This document shows positions 1 through 11,685 of a stretch of DNA of 64,000 nt, piece after piece. A program made the translations under genes and the position numbers. Each line of letters begins with the position of its first letter. Positions within the stretch are counted from its first letter, which is position 1. The notes beneath the pieces were generated by a model. That model worked only from the letters and a program-made list of their open reading frames with translations. It was not told the origin of the DNA and searched no databases. Source of the stretch: Mustelus asterias (lineage: Eukaryota); contig NW_027590139.1 in NCBI RefSeq assembly GCF_964213995.1, positions 992,001 to 1,056,000 of the forward strand, in the 5' to 3' direction.

Positions 1-264
1 CGCAAATTTACTGGACATTTATCACATCTCGGTTTGTTGGAGCAAGTTTACGCAAATTACCTGCTATATTTCCAACATTAGAGCAGTGAGTAAATTCAGC
101 AAAGGTACGTCAGTGAGCTTTAAGAACTTTGGGACGACATGAGGTCGGGTAAAATGTTCTATAAATGCAAGTTCCACCAAAATGTAAGTTGTAATTCTTT
201 GGAAGCGCTGCGATTAATGTGAATATAGTCACTCTTCTCTCTGATCATAGCAGCATAAAATCAT

Positions 265-735
265 AGCATCACTACAGTTCAAAAGGAGGCCATTGGGTCC
301 AAGAGGTCTGCAGTGGTTCTCCAGCAGAGCATCCTACCTGGGCCCAGCCTTCACCCTATCCCGACAACGACACATATTCACAGGTTAATCCCCCGAACCG
401 ACACATCATTGGACACTAACAGGAAATTTAGCATAGATAATCCACCTTGGGCCTGGGAAGGATGCTTTGCTGGATAGCTGGTGCAGACTTGATGAACCGA
501 ATGGTCTCCTTCTGCACTGTAGGGATTCTATGATTCTAGGTTGCACATCATTGGACGCTGAGGGGCAATTTATCATAGCTAATCCACCTAACCTGCACAT
601 CCTTGGACTGTGGAAGGAAACTGGAGCACTCGGAGGAAACTCACATGGATATGGGTAGAATGTGGAAACCACACACAGTCACCCGAGGTTGGAATCGAAC
701 CCGCTTCCCTGTCGCTGTGAGGCAGCAAAGCTAAT
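265..735. mobile_element. Cluster of degenerate HE1/V-SINE fragments in both orientations
   Basis: Motifs 'aatggtctccttctgcactgtagggattctatg' and 'aaccacacacagtcacccgagg...gaggcagc' are shared with fuller copies at 47583-47893 and 58863-59203. Confidence 0.7.
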
Positions 736-1629
736 TGTATCTCTCATTGATAACCACACTGGATTTTTTATTCTTCCCTTGTGTGAGAGTGATCACTATT
801 ATGACAGGAATACTTCAGACGTCAGATCTGTTTCTTTTTTTTAACTTGTCTAGTTTAAACATATTAAATGCTCAATCAAATTAATATCTGCCTGTTCACA
901 GATGCGTTATTAATTGTGACATCAGAAATTTCCGAGCTAATTCTGAAATGGAATGTATCATTTTCTTTTAATTAAATACAACTGGTGTAATGAATGTTCA
1001 AAAAGTTTCTATTCATTTTGAACCAACTGTTAATATTCTTAAAATAAACCGCTATTTTGAGTTGAAACTGATCAATAAGTGACGGTTTATCTGGTTTTGC
1101 TGTCATGAACATTTCATTGTAACCAGTGAGGTGTTTATGTAAATAAATACAAAAATAGAAATTCCAAATTAGATTGTTGACTGACAAAAACACAACAAAT
1201 ATTTCCCCACAAACACAGCACAGAAATAGAGACAACCATGCAAATCAATCAACGGATTCCAGTAATGATTGTTTTTCAACATTATTTATTCGTCAGTTAT
1301 GTGAAGAAAAACATCATGATGATATCTATGTTCAGAATTAGGAAATAATTCCTCTCATCCCGAAATATAATGACACTGCAAATGTGTTCGTAGAAATTTC
1401 CTGTGTTTCATCTCTTTCTCTGTCTTTCTCCTTTCTGGTTTTGTATCTTGTCTCTCGACGATGGTTCATCGTCTTCACTCCACAGCACTAAGTCAATGTC
1501 TGCCCAATGTATTGTCTCAGCCGGAGTTATAAGCTTCTCAAAGAATGTAATTCAATGAATTGGAATCCGTGAGTGAAATTTACTCTAAAAGATCTCTTGA
1601 GCGTCCTATGATCTTGAAACGCTTGAGAC

Positions 1630-2220
1630 ATTTTCTTCTGTATCTGACCTCGGCTGTCCCGAGTGATAAGGATTCGATGTGGCAGTATCGAAGGATCTTT
1701 CCCCAGATTTAGCCGGTGGTGTCCCTGTCCTTGGAGTATTTGACTGGACAGTGTCGAGGAATATTCACTCTGCATCTAAACTCACTGTACCCGCCTTTTG
1801 AATGTTTGATATGACTTTGTCAAGGAAGATTAAATCCGTATCTAATCTCTGCTGTACCTGACCTGGGTGTGTTTTATGGAACTGTGGAGACGGTCTTTCC
1901 CCTGTAACGAGCACTATTGTAAACCTGCGTCCCGAATCTCTAAAGGAAGAGTGCAGAAGAGGTTTTACCTAGAAGAGAATCCATACTCTTTCTGCCTTCA
2001 TTTTGTTTGAGCAGACTTTATAGAGGGAGTTTCATTCTGTTTCCAGACAGTATACTGTTCTGGGAATGTTTGATTTGGATAGTGTAGAGGGAGATTCACT
2101 TGTATCTAACTCATGCTATTTCTGCCTTGGGAGTGTTTAATTTTCCAATGCAGAGGGAACTTTGCATTCTGCAGCTAACCCCATGTTACTCCTGTCCTGT
2201 AAGTTTTTGATGGGACAGTC
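1630..2220. repeat. Degenerate ~65-bp tandem repeat
   Basis: Recurring 'ggacagtgtagaggga...ttcactctgtatctaac...ctgt...ctgggagtgtttgat' units. Confidence 0.65.
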
Positions 2221-2259
2221 GGCCCTCTCTACAAATTTCAAGGGGATTGAAGCAGTCTC

Positions 2260-3970
2260 TTTATATTACAGTAAATTTACCCTGTGTCAGCTTATATTAT
2301 GAGGCCATGCCTTTGTTTATTTTTCACTAGACCCTAACTCTTTTTATATTGCACGTAGAATTTTATATTGCCTGTCTCTACTCATATTAAACTGGATGTT
2401 TTATCTGTTTATACTAAATTAGACGCTGTCCCTGTTTATATTATACATCACCATGTTTCTGTTTATATTAAGCGAGACGTTGTCTCCGTTTACATTAATT
2501 TAGATATGTCTCTGCTTGTATCAAACTAGATGTAATCTTATTTCTGCAATTGATCGTGTCCACGTTTATATTGCATTGGACATGGTCTCAGTTTTTACTG
2601 CACTAGTCAATGCCAGTAATGATGAAAGTCGTTGGGGGAACACAATTCTCTGCATCCTTCTGCAGGTGCAAACTGTATGAGGTTTTGGGCACTGGAAAAG
2701 AAGAAGAGATATCTGAAACCTACTTCTGCTGACTGCATTGAAAATGGATACCAAGCCCTGTGTAGCATGCACTGTCAACAAAGAACAAAAAACAAAGACA
2801 ATTACAGCACAGGAAAAGGCCCGTCGGCCCTCCAAGACTGCACCAACCAAATACTGTCGATCCAATACTGCCCGTTTCTGGATCCTGCCTGAAAGCAATG
2901 TTTTTATCCCAATATGTTATCTCTTCTTCTCGCAGAACCGTGTAGTAATACAGACATAATTCAAACAGAGGCATAGTTAAGTGCAGGAATAACACTGACA
3001 CGGTCTAGTGAAATATATACAGGGTCAGTATCAAATATTAAATATCCAGAGAGAGTGTCCAGTGCAATATAAACTGAGTTCTGGTCTAGCAGAGTAACAG
3101 AGCCAGACTGTATTTTAATATAAACAGGGGCCTGATCCAATAAAATAGAAATGAGTTAGTGCCGACTGCCATGTGGGGATGGTCAAATATCAAATACTTG
3201 TATTTCCAATAACACCCACATCCCATGATAGAAACATTAAAAATATATTTATGACATTGTCAAGGAAAAGCAAACGGAGACAGTGTCTAGTGCAGTTTCA
3301 CTGGATATAGGAGCTTGTGCGATATGAACTGAGACAGAGTCGAGTAATTAATGATACTGGAGCGAGACTTGTCTGCACTGAGATGGAGCCAAGTGCATTA
3401 GTAATAACTACTGATACACGACTTAGCCAGATTTAAACTGAGACCGAGTCCAGTGTGTTAGTGATAATTACTGATACAGTACCTAGACTGATATAAACTG
3501 AGACACAGCCCATTTTATTCGTGGTAATTGCTGATACAGGACCAAGACTGATACACACAGAGATTCGGACGATGCAGCAATTAGGAGGTATTGCAACGTA
3601 CAATGAAACTGAGACATGACAGTCTTAAATAATCAAATCCATGGACTGGTGAAGCATTGACTTAAACAAGACCTAAACTATTAAAATTTAATGAACTATT
3701 AGCATAACAACTGTGACAGTACCATGTGTAATGCATGAATACAGTATTTCCAGTTTAGTATACAGTGGTAAATGTTCTGAGGCAGTAAGAATTAAGACAC
3801 GGCCTCTTGTCAGATTAGAAGAGACATGGCTAAGTGCAACCATAACTTAGAAATTATAATATTAACAGGGCCTCTGCCTCGTATCTGAACACCTGAAATT
3901 GAGCCGAGTGCAGGAAAAAAATTAGATAGGACCTCATGGAATGTGATCCAGGTGTAATACAGACAGGGTC
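2260..3970. repeat. Degenerate ~30/60-bp minisatellite arrays in opposite orientations
   Basis: 'tttatatt..actaga/actgga' units at 2260-2620; complementary 'tctagtg..atataaac/aactgagac' units at 2940-3970; clear 60-bp period at 3361-3560. Confidence 0.55.
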
Positions 3971-4279
3971 AGTGGCGAGTTGAATATAAGCAGGGATATG
4001 ATCGGTTTAAAGTTATTTCATGAGATTTTGGCGTCACTGATGAAGTCAACTTTTGTTACCAAGCCCTAATTTCCTTTGAGAATGTGGTGGCAAGGTTTGG
4101 GAAGCTGGTGGGTGGGGTGTTCTTCGAGACAGCTACTTTTTCCAGAATGGCATTGAGCCTTTTGAGTGGCATGAGTCAGGCAAGTAGAGAATATTCAATC
4201 ATCTGTGTTGGAACAGACTTGGAGGGCAGAAGGGCCTGTTCATGTGCTGTACTGTTCTTTTTTCTTTATTCATACTCCT

Positions 4280-4900
4280 CACCTTTTCCTTGTAGATGTT
4301 GGATAGGGTTTGGGAATTCAGGTGGTGAGCTGTTCGCCGCAGAACTCTTGGCATCTGACCTGCTCTTTTAGCCAACTGATTTAAATGCCTGTTCCAGTTC
4401 AGATTTTCACGAAGTATAATGCCCAGGATGTTGATATTGAGGGATTCTGCGCTCGTAATATTGCGTAGTGTCAAGGGGAGAAGGTTGGAATCTCCCTTAC
4501 TGGAGAGGGTCATTGCCTGCCACTTGTGTGGCATAAGTGTTACTTGTCACTCATTATTCCAAGGCTGAATGTTTTCGAAGTCTTGCTTCATATGGATGCA
4601 GACTGTGTCAGTACCTGAGGAGTCGGAACTGGTGCTAAACTTTGTTCAATCATCAGTGAACATCCCACATATGAACTTTAATGATGGCTGAAGCTTGGGG
4701 GTAGGTCACTAACCTGAAGAATTTCTGCAAAGCCCTGTGACTGAGATGGTTAACCATTAAAAACCACAACCATCTTCCTTTGTGCTCCAGCCAGTGGACT
4801 GTTTCCCCCTGATTCCCATTAACTGCAGTTTCGCTCCGGCTCCTTGATGCTGCAAGCCGTCAAATGCTGCATCGATGTCAAAGGCACGGACTCTCAATTG
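4280..4900 (-). mobile_element. Degenerate CR1-group LINE RT fragment
   Basis: Minus-strand ORF pieces (DIDAAFDGLQHQG; HKWQAMTLS; LNWNRHLN) homologous to the + copy at 55800-56695. Confidence 0.6.
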
Positions 4901-5199
4901 ACCTTTTAAATTAAAATTTCTATCTATATTTGGACTCATTTTAAATCATTTCTGGAATCGAGTGATCCTGGCGGAACAAAAATTGTGCAATTTGGTGTGC
5001 GTGTGTTTTGTGAAATGTATCATGTTTTATAGAAATTAATTTCAAAATGATCAATTGGATCCTTCCATTTGCAGTACATGATGGACACATAATAAACGCA
5101 TCCAATTCAGATTGGCTTTCTTTACATATGTCACCTTTTCTCATGATTGAAGAGGACAATTTATGAAAGGTTAGTTCTGCCACAAGTGCTGCCCACTAA

Positions 5200-5510
5200 G
5201 CTACCTTTGTCATTGTGTGTTATCGTTTTTGCATCATGAATGGATATTAGGAGATTGGTGTAGAGCCAGTTATCACCAAAATCCTATAGTCCTTTCCGTG
5301 CAGACGGTGTTGAATGTCTTAGCGAGATTGACCAAAGTACCTTAAAGATATGGACACATATGGAAAATGGAGAAGTTGTCGGCTGGAGTAAATGTTCCAA
5401 CACAGTCACTACACTGCACATCAGGAACACCCGGTCTGCAAGCAGATGATGTGTTTCAAGTGTGACCCGAGCAAAGATCTTTCCCGTGACGCTATGACTG
5501 AGATATGTCT
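5200..5510 (-). mobile_element. RTE-like LINE fragment
   Basis: Translated 'VTGKIFARV...LADRV' resembles the pre-RT region of RTE-clade elements. Confidence 0.45.
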
Positions 5511-5586
5511 GTAGCTGGAGCATTCTCTTACATTGACTTACGTTGCAAAAAATGTGATGAATTTGAATCATACATCTCTTGTGGAA

Positions 5587-5885
5587 TGGTGGCACAGAGA
5601 TTAGCTCTGTTGCCTCACAGCGCCAGGGCCACAGGTTTGGTTCCCAGCTTGGGTCAGTGTCTGTGCGGAGTCTGCACAGTCTCCGTGTATGTGTGGATTC
5701 CCTCTGGGTGCTCAGTTTCCTCCCACAGTCCGAAAAGGCATGCAGGTAAGGTGCACTGGCCAGGCTAAATTCTCCCTCAGTGTACCCGAACAGACGCCGC
5801 GATGTGGCGACTCTGGGATTTTCACAGTAACTTCATTGCAGTGTTAATGTAAGCCTACTTGTGACATTAATAAATAAACTTCAAT
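5587..5885 (+). mobile_element. tRNA-derived V-SINE (HE1-like head and core, alternative 3' tail)
   Basis: A/B-box-like head 'ggtggcacag...ggtttggttccc', V-SINE core, tail ending 'cttgtgacattaataaataaa'. Confidence 0.7.
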
Positions 5886-7414
5886 CCTTAAATCTTCGAG
5901 CAGATAAGGAGAATGTCATAAATGTTCAGAAAAATAGTAATTATTTTCACCAATGACCGTCCATTAACAATTTAATAAATGCATTCACCAGTTCTCATTC
6001 ATTCATAAAGATTAATATATTTAACATTACTTTATGGAAGGTGGGCGACACTGTGCAGGCCAGCATTTATTCCCCATTGCTAATTGCATTCGGTAAGTTG
6101 GTGGTGAGCCATCTTCTTGAACCGCTGCAAAACCTGCAGTGTAGGTACTTCCATGGTGCTGTTAGGGAGAGTGCTCATGGATTCCGACCCAGCGACAGTA
6201 GAGGAACGGTAATATATGTTCAATTCAGTTTGATGGGTGTCTTGGAGGGGAATTTCCAGGCGGGGTTGTTCCAATTCATTAATTATCATCAATTCATACA
6301 GATAAACAATTATTTCACAAATTATATTCAGCATTTTGAAAAAAGCAAAATACTAAGGATTCTGGAAACTGAACAAAAACAATAAATTCTGGAAAATACC
6401 AAAAGGCCTGACAGCATCTGTGGAGAGAGAATAGAGCCAACGTTTTGAGTCAGGAATGGACTGCCTGCAGGGATAGTGGAGTCAGAAACTTTAGGAATAT
6501 TTAAGAAGCCATTGGATAGGCACATGGATACTTCGGGATGCAAGGGAGGAAATAGCTTGATGTGGGTTTCAGACAAAGCTTGGCACAACATCGTGGGCCG
6601 AAGGTCGGTTCTGTGCTGTACTGTTAAAAAAAAAGGATAATGAACAGTTATCCAGCAGCTTCATTGACAAGTAATCACCTCATCATCACACAGAAAGTCC
6701 TGATACGTAGCTGGAGTGTGTGTGATGATTTTCAAGGTGATGATATAAATGAAACTACCTGTACCTCATGTGAAGTTACTGAATCTTTAAATCCCGATTC
6801 ATTATTACACTGTTTTGAGAAGTAAGGTAACACTTGTAGCTGTCCAGTGAGTCTCACAATATTTCTGTTGCTACCTTATTTACTTTTCACCCTGTTACCT
6901 TCACTAATTTGGGTGAGGGCATGTTGAGTGATTTGTTGCACGTGAAAGAACCACATGTTTCAAATATTACAATCCTCCCTCCTCAAACTAATGATGTTCA
7001 CTCTTTTTATCTTGGATATGAAGATTCAGCATCAGCAGAGAAATGAACCATCCGAGCCGCAGGAATATCTCGTCCTTCTCTCCGTGAGAATCAGCTTGCT
7101 AACTCTCGATAAACTCGGGATGGATTTCACCCAGACATTCTGGAAGAATTAGAGGTATTAGACTGACACAAATCTGATGAAGGAGCTGATTCAATTTATG
7201 AAATAACCAAGCACAAATATGGGATTGTAGAACAGCATCTTTCAATGCCATCTATCAATGCATCCATCAATCTATTCATTGATTCCTCAATCAAAATACT
7301 CAGGCATCAAACTGCCATTCATCCCACTATCATTCATTCAAATGTCATTCATTCCTACATCAACACAGTAACACATTTATTGTTTGCGTCAGTTCTGACA
7401 TAATATTAATTTAA

Positions 7415-7740
7415 TTGATCCAGTGATCCAGAGGCCCAGGACAATGATGTGGGGACAGGGATTTAAATCGAAGCATTGCAGCTGGTGGAATTTTAATTCA
7501 ATTAATAAATCTGGAACAGATACTAATGGTGACCTTTGGAGTCTCTCTAATTCCCCATTGGAGGAAATCTGCCATCGCTACCTGGTCTCACAAGGATGTG
7601 ACTCCAGGCCGACAGCACAATAGCTGACTCTTTAATATCTTCAGAAGTGGTCGAGAAAACCAGTCAGTTCAAGGGAATTTGGGAGAGGCAAAAAATGCCG
7701 GTCTTTTCAACAAACATCCCATGGAAAGATAAAGGGAAAG
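7415..7740 (+). mobile_element. Deu-type SINE (SacSINE1-like), degenerate
   Basis: 'gcagctggtggaatt..aattcaat...ggaaatctgcc...tgtgactccag' shared with 36910-37205 and 26700-27005; family name assigned from recall. Confidence 0.5.
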
Positions 7741-9429
7741 AAAATACAAACATACATGTTCATGTATCGTCTCTCTGGGACATCTCTCAGTTTGTCTGTA
7801 ATTCTTTCTATCCATCTATCACCATATCCTGATGTGTTGGAAAAATCATCATTGTTGCTAACAGGGTGCCAGAGAAGCTGCATGGAATTCCTTTCATTAG
7901 AGATGGGAAAAATTCATCTAGATTTACAACTTTAAAAAATTCAAGTGCCTGCAGTACTGTTGCTGGGTAGATTTATTTATAAATAGGCCTGATTGACAAT
8001 GTGAAGGGTTTTAAGTTGGCTTGCAGCCAAGCGGTCAGTACAGAGGAAACAGATCTTTGATCTACTGCACAAACACCCCCAGATGCTTCCTGTCAATCAC
8101 TTTGAGCATTTGACAGTAGCCTGGATTGCTGCCAAATACTGTGTGGGACAGATTAGTGTGAACCTGAATGGACAAATTGGGATTCAGCCATTTAAAGAAT
8201 AAATGTTTCATTCGCACAAGAAAGACACATTTTAAATCGAAATCATTCTATTCAAATATTTTCATTCAGTGTCCTGTTCATTATGTGATTACATAGTATC
8301 GCAAAACAATAAAGTGACCAGATGCTTTTTCATTTGTATAACTTCCAAGTAAATGCCATTCCAATAATTAAAGTCTGTTTGCGAACCACTTCATAAAATG
8401 ACAGAGAGAGATGTTAATCGTTCCAATTCCCCAGTCAATTGAGATCAGAACAATGGCAAAAAATGCTTCGAAATAATATTAAAAGAACATCATAAAACTG
8501 ACATGAATAGCGGGGATTGCTGGAATATTCTGAAAGTTATGTATCTCATTTAAACAGCAGCGTCTCTTGTACCTGATTAGCACCGTGTTCCATTGTACAG
8601 CATAATCTGATTCCTGTTATTGAAGAGTGCCTCTCATAGCTGCCAATGAGTGGAGAAATGATCAGTTCATAACCTGATTCAATGGAAGATAAAACATTTA
8701 ATTTTGTGATATTGTGCCATGTGCCGCAAAGTCCTGATATCCTGTGTTCCCACTACCAGTGAATGTTAGACAGCCAGTGGCCAATAGAGTGAGCTGCAAT
8801 GATCTGGACGCTGAATGAAGAATTTAATGATCTCCGTGTCCGTTCCGATTCATTAGCTTCTCTGTCGAAAGTCGATGTTAATTTTATGTTTCTCCGTCAC
8901 CTCACTATTTAATTATCAGGAGGGCGGGATTCGTATTATTTTCAAAGGGCTGTCTTCGCGATTGTGGTAGTTTGACAAATATAAGCAGAAATATTTTATT
9001 GTGTGAGAGTTTCTTCTCATCTCCAATCCCAAATTATCCAGTGATAGCCATCCACACTGTAAATAGAATCATTTTGTTCATCCCCCACATTTAATTAGAA
9101 ATCGATAACAATTCTTCTGATAAAGTATGCTTTATTATTGTAATGTGACAGAGACCCCCAGAATTGTTGCAACACAGACTGACGGTCTCTTTATATTCCA
9201 AAAATGTAATTTCATCATTTTTAGATTTGTGTTCTTCTTGGGGCGTGGTAATAATAGCACCATACTTACAATGGAATTAGTTATTTAAATAAAGAAATGA
9301 TGAACTGCAATATCACCATCAGAAATAATGGAGACAATACAATGGACATATTCAGCCAAACAAATATCCAGACACAGATAAAATGTCCATTTTAATATTA
9401 GTCTATTATAAATCTCGGAGTCCATTCTA

Positions 9430-9560
9430 TTGGGGGTGTGGAAGGGACGTGAGTCCAGTCGCCGCCTCCAGCAGGGAATCAACAGGCGGCGCCTGGAAAG
9501 CCGCCCCCTTCTGCCGGGTATTTAAATACCGCTCACTGGGACCGGAATCCAACAGTCCGG
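9430..9560 (+). promoter_or_regulatory. VH promoter: GC-rich tract and TATA box (TATTTAAATA 9519-9528), no octamer seen
   Basis: TATA lies ~90 bp upstream of the leader ATG; CpG-rich segment in AT-rich surroundings. Confidence 0.75.
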
Positions 9561-9617
9561 GAGCTGGTTTGTTCACTGAGTTCCTGACACAACCATTTCC
9601 CCCAAATCACCAGAAGG

Positions 9618-9663
9618 ATGAGGTCGGCGATTTCTCTCAGTTTGTTGCTGACTTTCTTCTCCG
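9618..9663 (+). CDS. IGHV: IgH V leader exon (MRSAISLSLLLTFFS-G)
   Basis: ATG at 9618, hydrophobic signal peptide, phase-1 donor gtgagt at 9664. Confidence 0.95.
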
Positions 9664-9795
9664 GTGAGTAGTATTTTTTCATTGTCCAAGTCTCTCACTG
9701 TTACTGTCTCAGTCTTAGTCTATCTCTGTAATATTCCAGAGTAAAAAATCATTACACCAGGATTAATCCTCGGGTTTTTTGATCTACTTTTACAG

Positions 9796-10100
9796 GTGTC
9801 CAGTCGGAGGTTGTGTTGACTCAGAATGAGGCAGAGACCGGGCGTCCAGGAGGCTCCCTCAAACTGACCTGTAAAACCAGCGGTTTCACTCTTGGCAGCA
9901 CCTGGATGGGTTGGATCCGGCAGGTTCCCGGGCAGGGCCTGGAGTGGCTGGTTAGCTACTATAGTTCATCCAGCAACAGCTACGCCCCAGGAATTAAGAA
10001 TCGATTTACTGCGTCCAAAGACAATTCAAAGAGCACCTTCGTTTTGGACATGAAGAGCCTGAAGATTGAAGACACGGCCATCTATTACTGTGCAAGACAC
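9796..10100 (+). CDS. IGHV: IgH variable segment exon (germline, open)
   Basis: Acceptor tacag; EVVLTQ...LTC...[13 protein letters not shown]...[10 protein letters not shown]. Confidence 0.97.
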
Positions 10101-10139
10101 CACAGCGAGAGGAACCAGGGCTACACCCGAACAAGAACA
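10101..10139 (+). other. VH 3' RSS, 23-bp spacer
   Basis: CACAGCG-23 nt-ACAAGAACA. Confidence 0.95.
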
Positions 10140-10486
10140 GCTCGAGAGGGAATTCAGCAACTTCCATCATAACCTGAAGGTAAATATCTGTTTTAAATGT
10201 AACATTAACGACAGTGGTCAGAACCGAACCATAATCGTGTTGAAAAGAAGTAACAAAGAAAGCATTTAACGGTAAAATTTAACAAACTCACCACTTTAAC
10301 GGGGTGAGCTTTTCACTGACTTTATATTTTTTGTAGTTTCAGCAAGTACATCACTGGACATATTACTCGTTTTAATATTTCTGATAGATTGTGTTATATA
10401 AACAGTTGCCTGCATTTTAAATGAGAGCAGAACTAATGGTCCATTTGAAGTGAATATTGAGCGGCAGTACAGAACAGAATGAGTGC

Positions 10487-10566
10487 AGTTTTTGTGTGGG
10501 TGCGTGTCACAGTGATACAGCAGTGGGTCACAGTGCTGAACACAGCGACATCCTCATACAAAAACC
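10487..10566 (+). other. IGHD: DH1 segment (10515-10528) with 5' RSS12 and 3' RSS22
   Basis: AGTTTTTGT-12-CACAGTG / atacagcagtgggt / CACAGTG-22-ACAAAAACC. Confidence 0.95.
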
Positions 10567-10876
10567 TCAGAAAAAAGACTTTGCTTAAATATGTGATCAG
10601 TGCCACTGCCGAATGCTAAACAAAATGAGGAATAGACAAAATAATAGGTAGAAGCAGCATTGTTTTTTAAAAGATATAAAATACTTCAACTTTATTGTTA
10701 TTGATTTACATGCTGAATGTGCACGGAGAGTGTAAAAGTTTCTAATCCCCTTTATCAATATCATGACCAGTAAAAATTGAAATATCTCACTGACTCACTC
10801 TTAAACGACATGGAAACAGACTTTTGAAATCGCAGTGAAATGACCTATCTGCATTTTACGGTTAATAATCTGCCGC

Positions 10877-10944
10877 TGTATTTGTCATGCTGTGTCTCAC
10901 TGTGATACCTGGGTGGCACAACATTTACTGTCAATGCAAAAAAC
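10877..10944 (+). other. IGHD: DH2 segment (10905-10916) with RSS12 on both sides
   Basis: TGTATTTGT-12-CACTGTG / atacctgggtgg / CACAACA-12-GCAAAAAAC. Confidence 0.9.
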
Positions 10945-11271
10945 CCCTCAGCACTAATTGATTGAGGCTGGATCAGTGTCACTTTTAAATTCCAACTTTA
11001 ATCGCAATACAGTATTATTATGTCCAGCACTGACCACATGATAAGAATGAATATGGAAAATCTGTGATAATTACTCAATTATCGGTTGGTGTTTATCAAT
11101 AACATGTTCATGTGTTCCTCTGTGAAATATAAAACATTAGGGTCATTTATGAATGGAGAATGGTATCCAGAAATACAATTATAATTTAATGAACATTAAT
11201 TGACTTTGCTTTTCCTCTGGTTTGTGAATATTTAAAATAATGGTGGTTTTGTATCTATTTTGTGCAGGGAC

Positions 11272-11310
11272 GGTTATTGTACGACACAGCCCAGGGAATG
11301 TGACACTGTG
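11272..11310 (+). other. JH 5' RSS, 23-bp spacer
   Basis: GGTTATTGT-23-CACTGTG. Confidence 0.95.
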
Positions 11311-11358
11311 ACTACTTCGACTACTGGGGACAAGGAACCATGGTGACGGTGACTGCAG
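11311..11358 (+). CDS. IGHJ: JH segment (YFDYWGQGTMVTVTA)
   Basis: WGxG motif; donor gtaag at 11359. Confidence 0.97.
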
Positions 11359-11667
11359 GTAAGAGCGATGCACTTATTGAATAATTGGTTTACATGTGTC
11401 TTTGTTTTATATTTTTGTCTATACTAATAATCAATTTGTTTACTTAAATGTGGGTTTGGTGGATTGTGAATTTTTACAATGCTTCCTGTGATTCTGCTGC
11501 AAAGGGGTTCTAGAATTCTGCTGTTTCTTGACAATAGGTGCTGCTGAGCGATTCAATCCCTAATTATTGTGATTTTGTGATTATCTTTTGAGGCTACTGT
11601 GTGGCTGGGTTACTTTAAAAGCCTGACGTCTGTTAAACAATTCAGCGTTTCGGTCATGTTTAATCTC

Positions 11668-11685
11668 GGTGACATCTAGTGGCTG
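11668..11685 (-). promoter_or_regulatory. CTCF-like motif
   Basis: Reverse complement reads CAGCCACTAGATGTCACC. Confidence 0.5.

Noticed and set aside
3361-3560. CRISPR-like repeat-spacer array
   Set aside because: Vertebrate DNA; the whole 60-bp unit repeats with no unique spacers and there are no cas genes.
7174-7190. CTGATGAAGGAGC as a further hammerhead
   Set aside because: No closing stem II arm or GAAA in the right position.
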